Below, one piece after another: positions 62,311-64,000 of a stretch of 64,000 nucleotides of DNA. Under the pieces are notes generated by a model. It saw only the letters and a list, made by a program, of their open reading frames with translations, ran no database searches and was not told where the DNA came from. The position numbers and the translations under genes were made by a program. Every line of letters begins with the position of its first letter. The first letter of the stretch is position 1. This DNA is from Tubulanus polymorphus (taxonomy: Eukaryota > Animalia > Nemertea): assembly GCF_964204645.1 (NCBI RefSeq), contig NC_134025.1, positions 868,001-932,000 on the forward strand. Direction: 5' to 3'.

Positions 62311-63789
62311 TTGCAGTTTGCAGCTTTGGTTTGATGATGATAAATGCTGGTTTTATCATTGGCTCTATGCGAACAGTTATCAAAATGTTTGAAGCCTTTG
62401 CCAGACATCTTGGGGTTTCGATTGAAATACAGTTTTGTCTCCTCCAGCAAAAGACGTCTTAGATAGGTGTATCGCTACATTTCCTGCAAGACTCCTCTCT
62501 CTCCTCTCTCTCCTCTCTCATCACGAAATAAGTAAGACACAGTTGACTGCTGAATCAATTGATAGTAGCGAACGTTTAGTGTTCAGACACAATGAAAGTG
62601 TGTAAATTACTGCTAAATCAATTGGTGGTGATAAAAGTTAAGCGCTACAAAACACTGAAAGTGGGTGTCTTGAAACAATGATACATGTAATGAAACATTG
62701 ATAGATGTACTGATCTTGTGGTTTGTTCTACCTCCTTCCTCTGCTGCGAGGTGATAAGTCATGTCATTTTTATATACAATATCAAAATCATAGACAATTA
62801 AAATCTTGTGGTGGCATGGCTTCTGCTTTTGTTCTCTATAACTCCAGGTAATGGCCTTGCTATGACATCAAACGAGTATCAACTAAAGAAGATACTCCTT
62901 TCTTCTCCTTTAAAAACGGCAAATACTGTTGTTTGCTACTATGGCAAATACTGTTGTTTGCTACTGCATGTTGCTCATTCCACTCTGTTTAAGGGGTGAT
63001 ATTGAGTTTTGGAGTCTCATCTCCTTCCCTTGCCTTCTTGAATTGTCAAATAGATGTGACTTACAATACTGATTACCACCTTCTTTTAAAACTACATGTT
63101 GCTGATGCTTGCTATCATTCAACTCTGTTTTGGTTTTGATATTGAGTTTAAAACGTTGTGTTAGGTGTACATGCCTCCTCTCTCTCCTCTCTCATCAACA
63201 ATTAAATAGACACTCATTGTTTGAATACCTTTAGTTTTTTGCTGTGGTTTCCTCAATAGAAAAGTTTGAAATTGCTCATTGGTTGCGGCGCATTTCAAAC
63301 TATGATAAAGGGGAAATGTTTAAAACACTGAAAGTTGGTAAATTACTGTTGAATGAGTTGATAGTGATGAAAATTAAGTGTTAAAAACATCGTAAGTGGG
63401 TAAATTATTGCTAAATCAATATCTCTTCTTGCCTTCTTCAAATGTCAAAAAGAAATGACATTTACTGAATTTTCAGTGACTTACAACATTTATTGCTGCT
63501 TTATTCAAATACTGTTCATTGCTGACTGCGTGATGATTATTACCCTCTGTCTTAGGGGTGATAATGAGAGTTGTATTTCTGTCCCTTACCTTCTTGAATT
63601 ATTACATTAAACATTATTACATTATTACGTTATTAGATTACACATTATGAACATCTAAAAAACTCGCAAGTTCCTTCTCCATGTTTAATCATTGCACTCT
63701 GTTTAGGGGTGATATTGAATGACTTGATGTAGTTGTTTTGCTGTGGTTTCCAGAATAGGATTGATTGAAATTCCTCGTTTAGTGTTCAA

Positions 63790-64000
63790 AAACACTGAAA
63801 TTGGGTTAATTACTACGCAATCATTTGGTGGTGATGAAAGATAAGTGTTACAAAACACTGGATGAATTACTGCTAAATCATTTGGTGGTGATGAAAGTTA
63901 AGTGTTACAAAACACTGAGGGTGAATTACTGCTAAATCATTTGGTGGTGATGAAAGTTAAGTGTTACAAAACACTGAGGGTGAATTACTGCTAAGTCATT
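63790..64000. repeat. ~59-bp tandem repeat running off the window end
   Basis: aagtgttacaaaacactgagggtgaattactgctaaatcatttggtggtgatgaaagtt repeated; related dispersed copies at ~62580-62660 and ~63320-63420. Confidence 0.9.

Overview
AT-rich, intron-containing animal (invertebrate-like) genomic DNA, not prokaryotic. There is no CRISPR array, rRNA or intact tRNA. Four spliced gene models can be read by joining ORFs at phase-compatible GT-AG sites. (1) A ~799-aa Q-rich coiled-coil protein of unknown family (592-4313, +). (2) A ~1441-aa protein with an N-terminal CBM20 starch/glycogen-binding domain, a long acidic repeat spacer and a polybasic/CCPC C-terminal tail (8279-15855, +). (3) A complete multi-exon CEP192/SPD-2 centrosomal scaffold gene (42380->22991, -). 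Its introns and 3' end are filled with minisatellites, several of them copied from its own splice sites or stop codon. (4) A ~299-aa Pro/acidic/basic orphan protein with a CCAAT-CRE-TATA-Inr promoter (45569-52669, +). From ~53 kb onward the window is satellite-rich and has no intact long ORF. It does contain what look, by eye, like decayed relics of a MULE (Mutator) transposase (- strand) and a Ulp1/C48 protease (+ strand), flanking an array of 62-bp hairpin repeats. This may be a large decayed Mutator-like composite element. Short MITEs, SINEs and an L2-like LINE fragment are scattered throughout. All homology calls are by-eye motif recognition; no searches were run.
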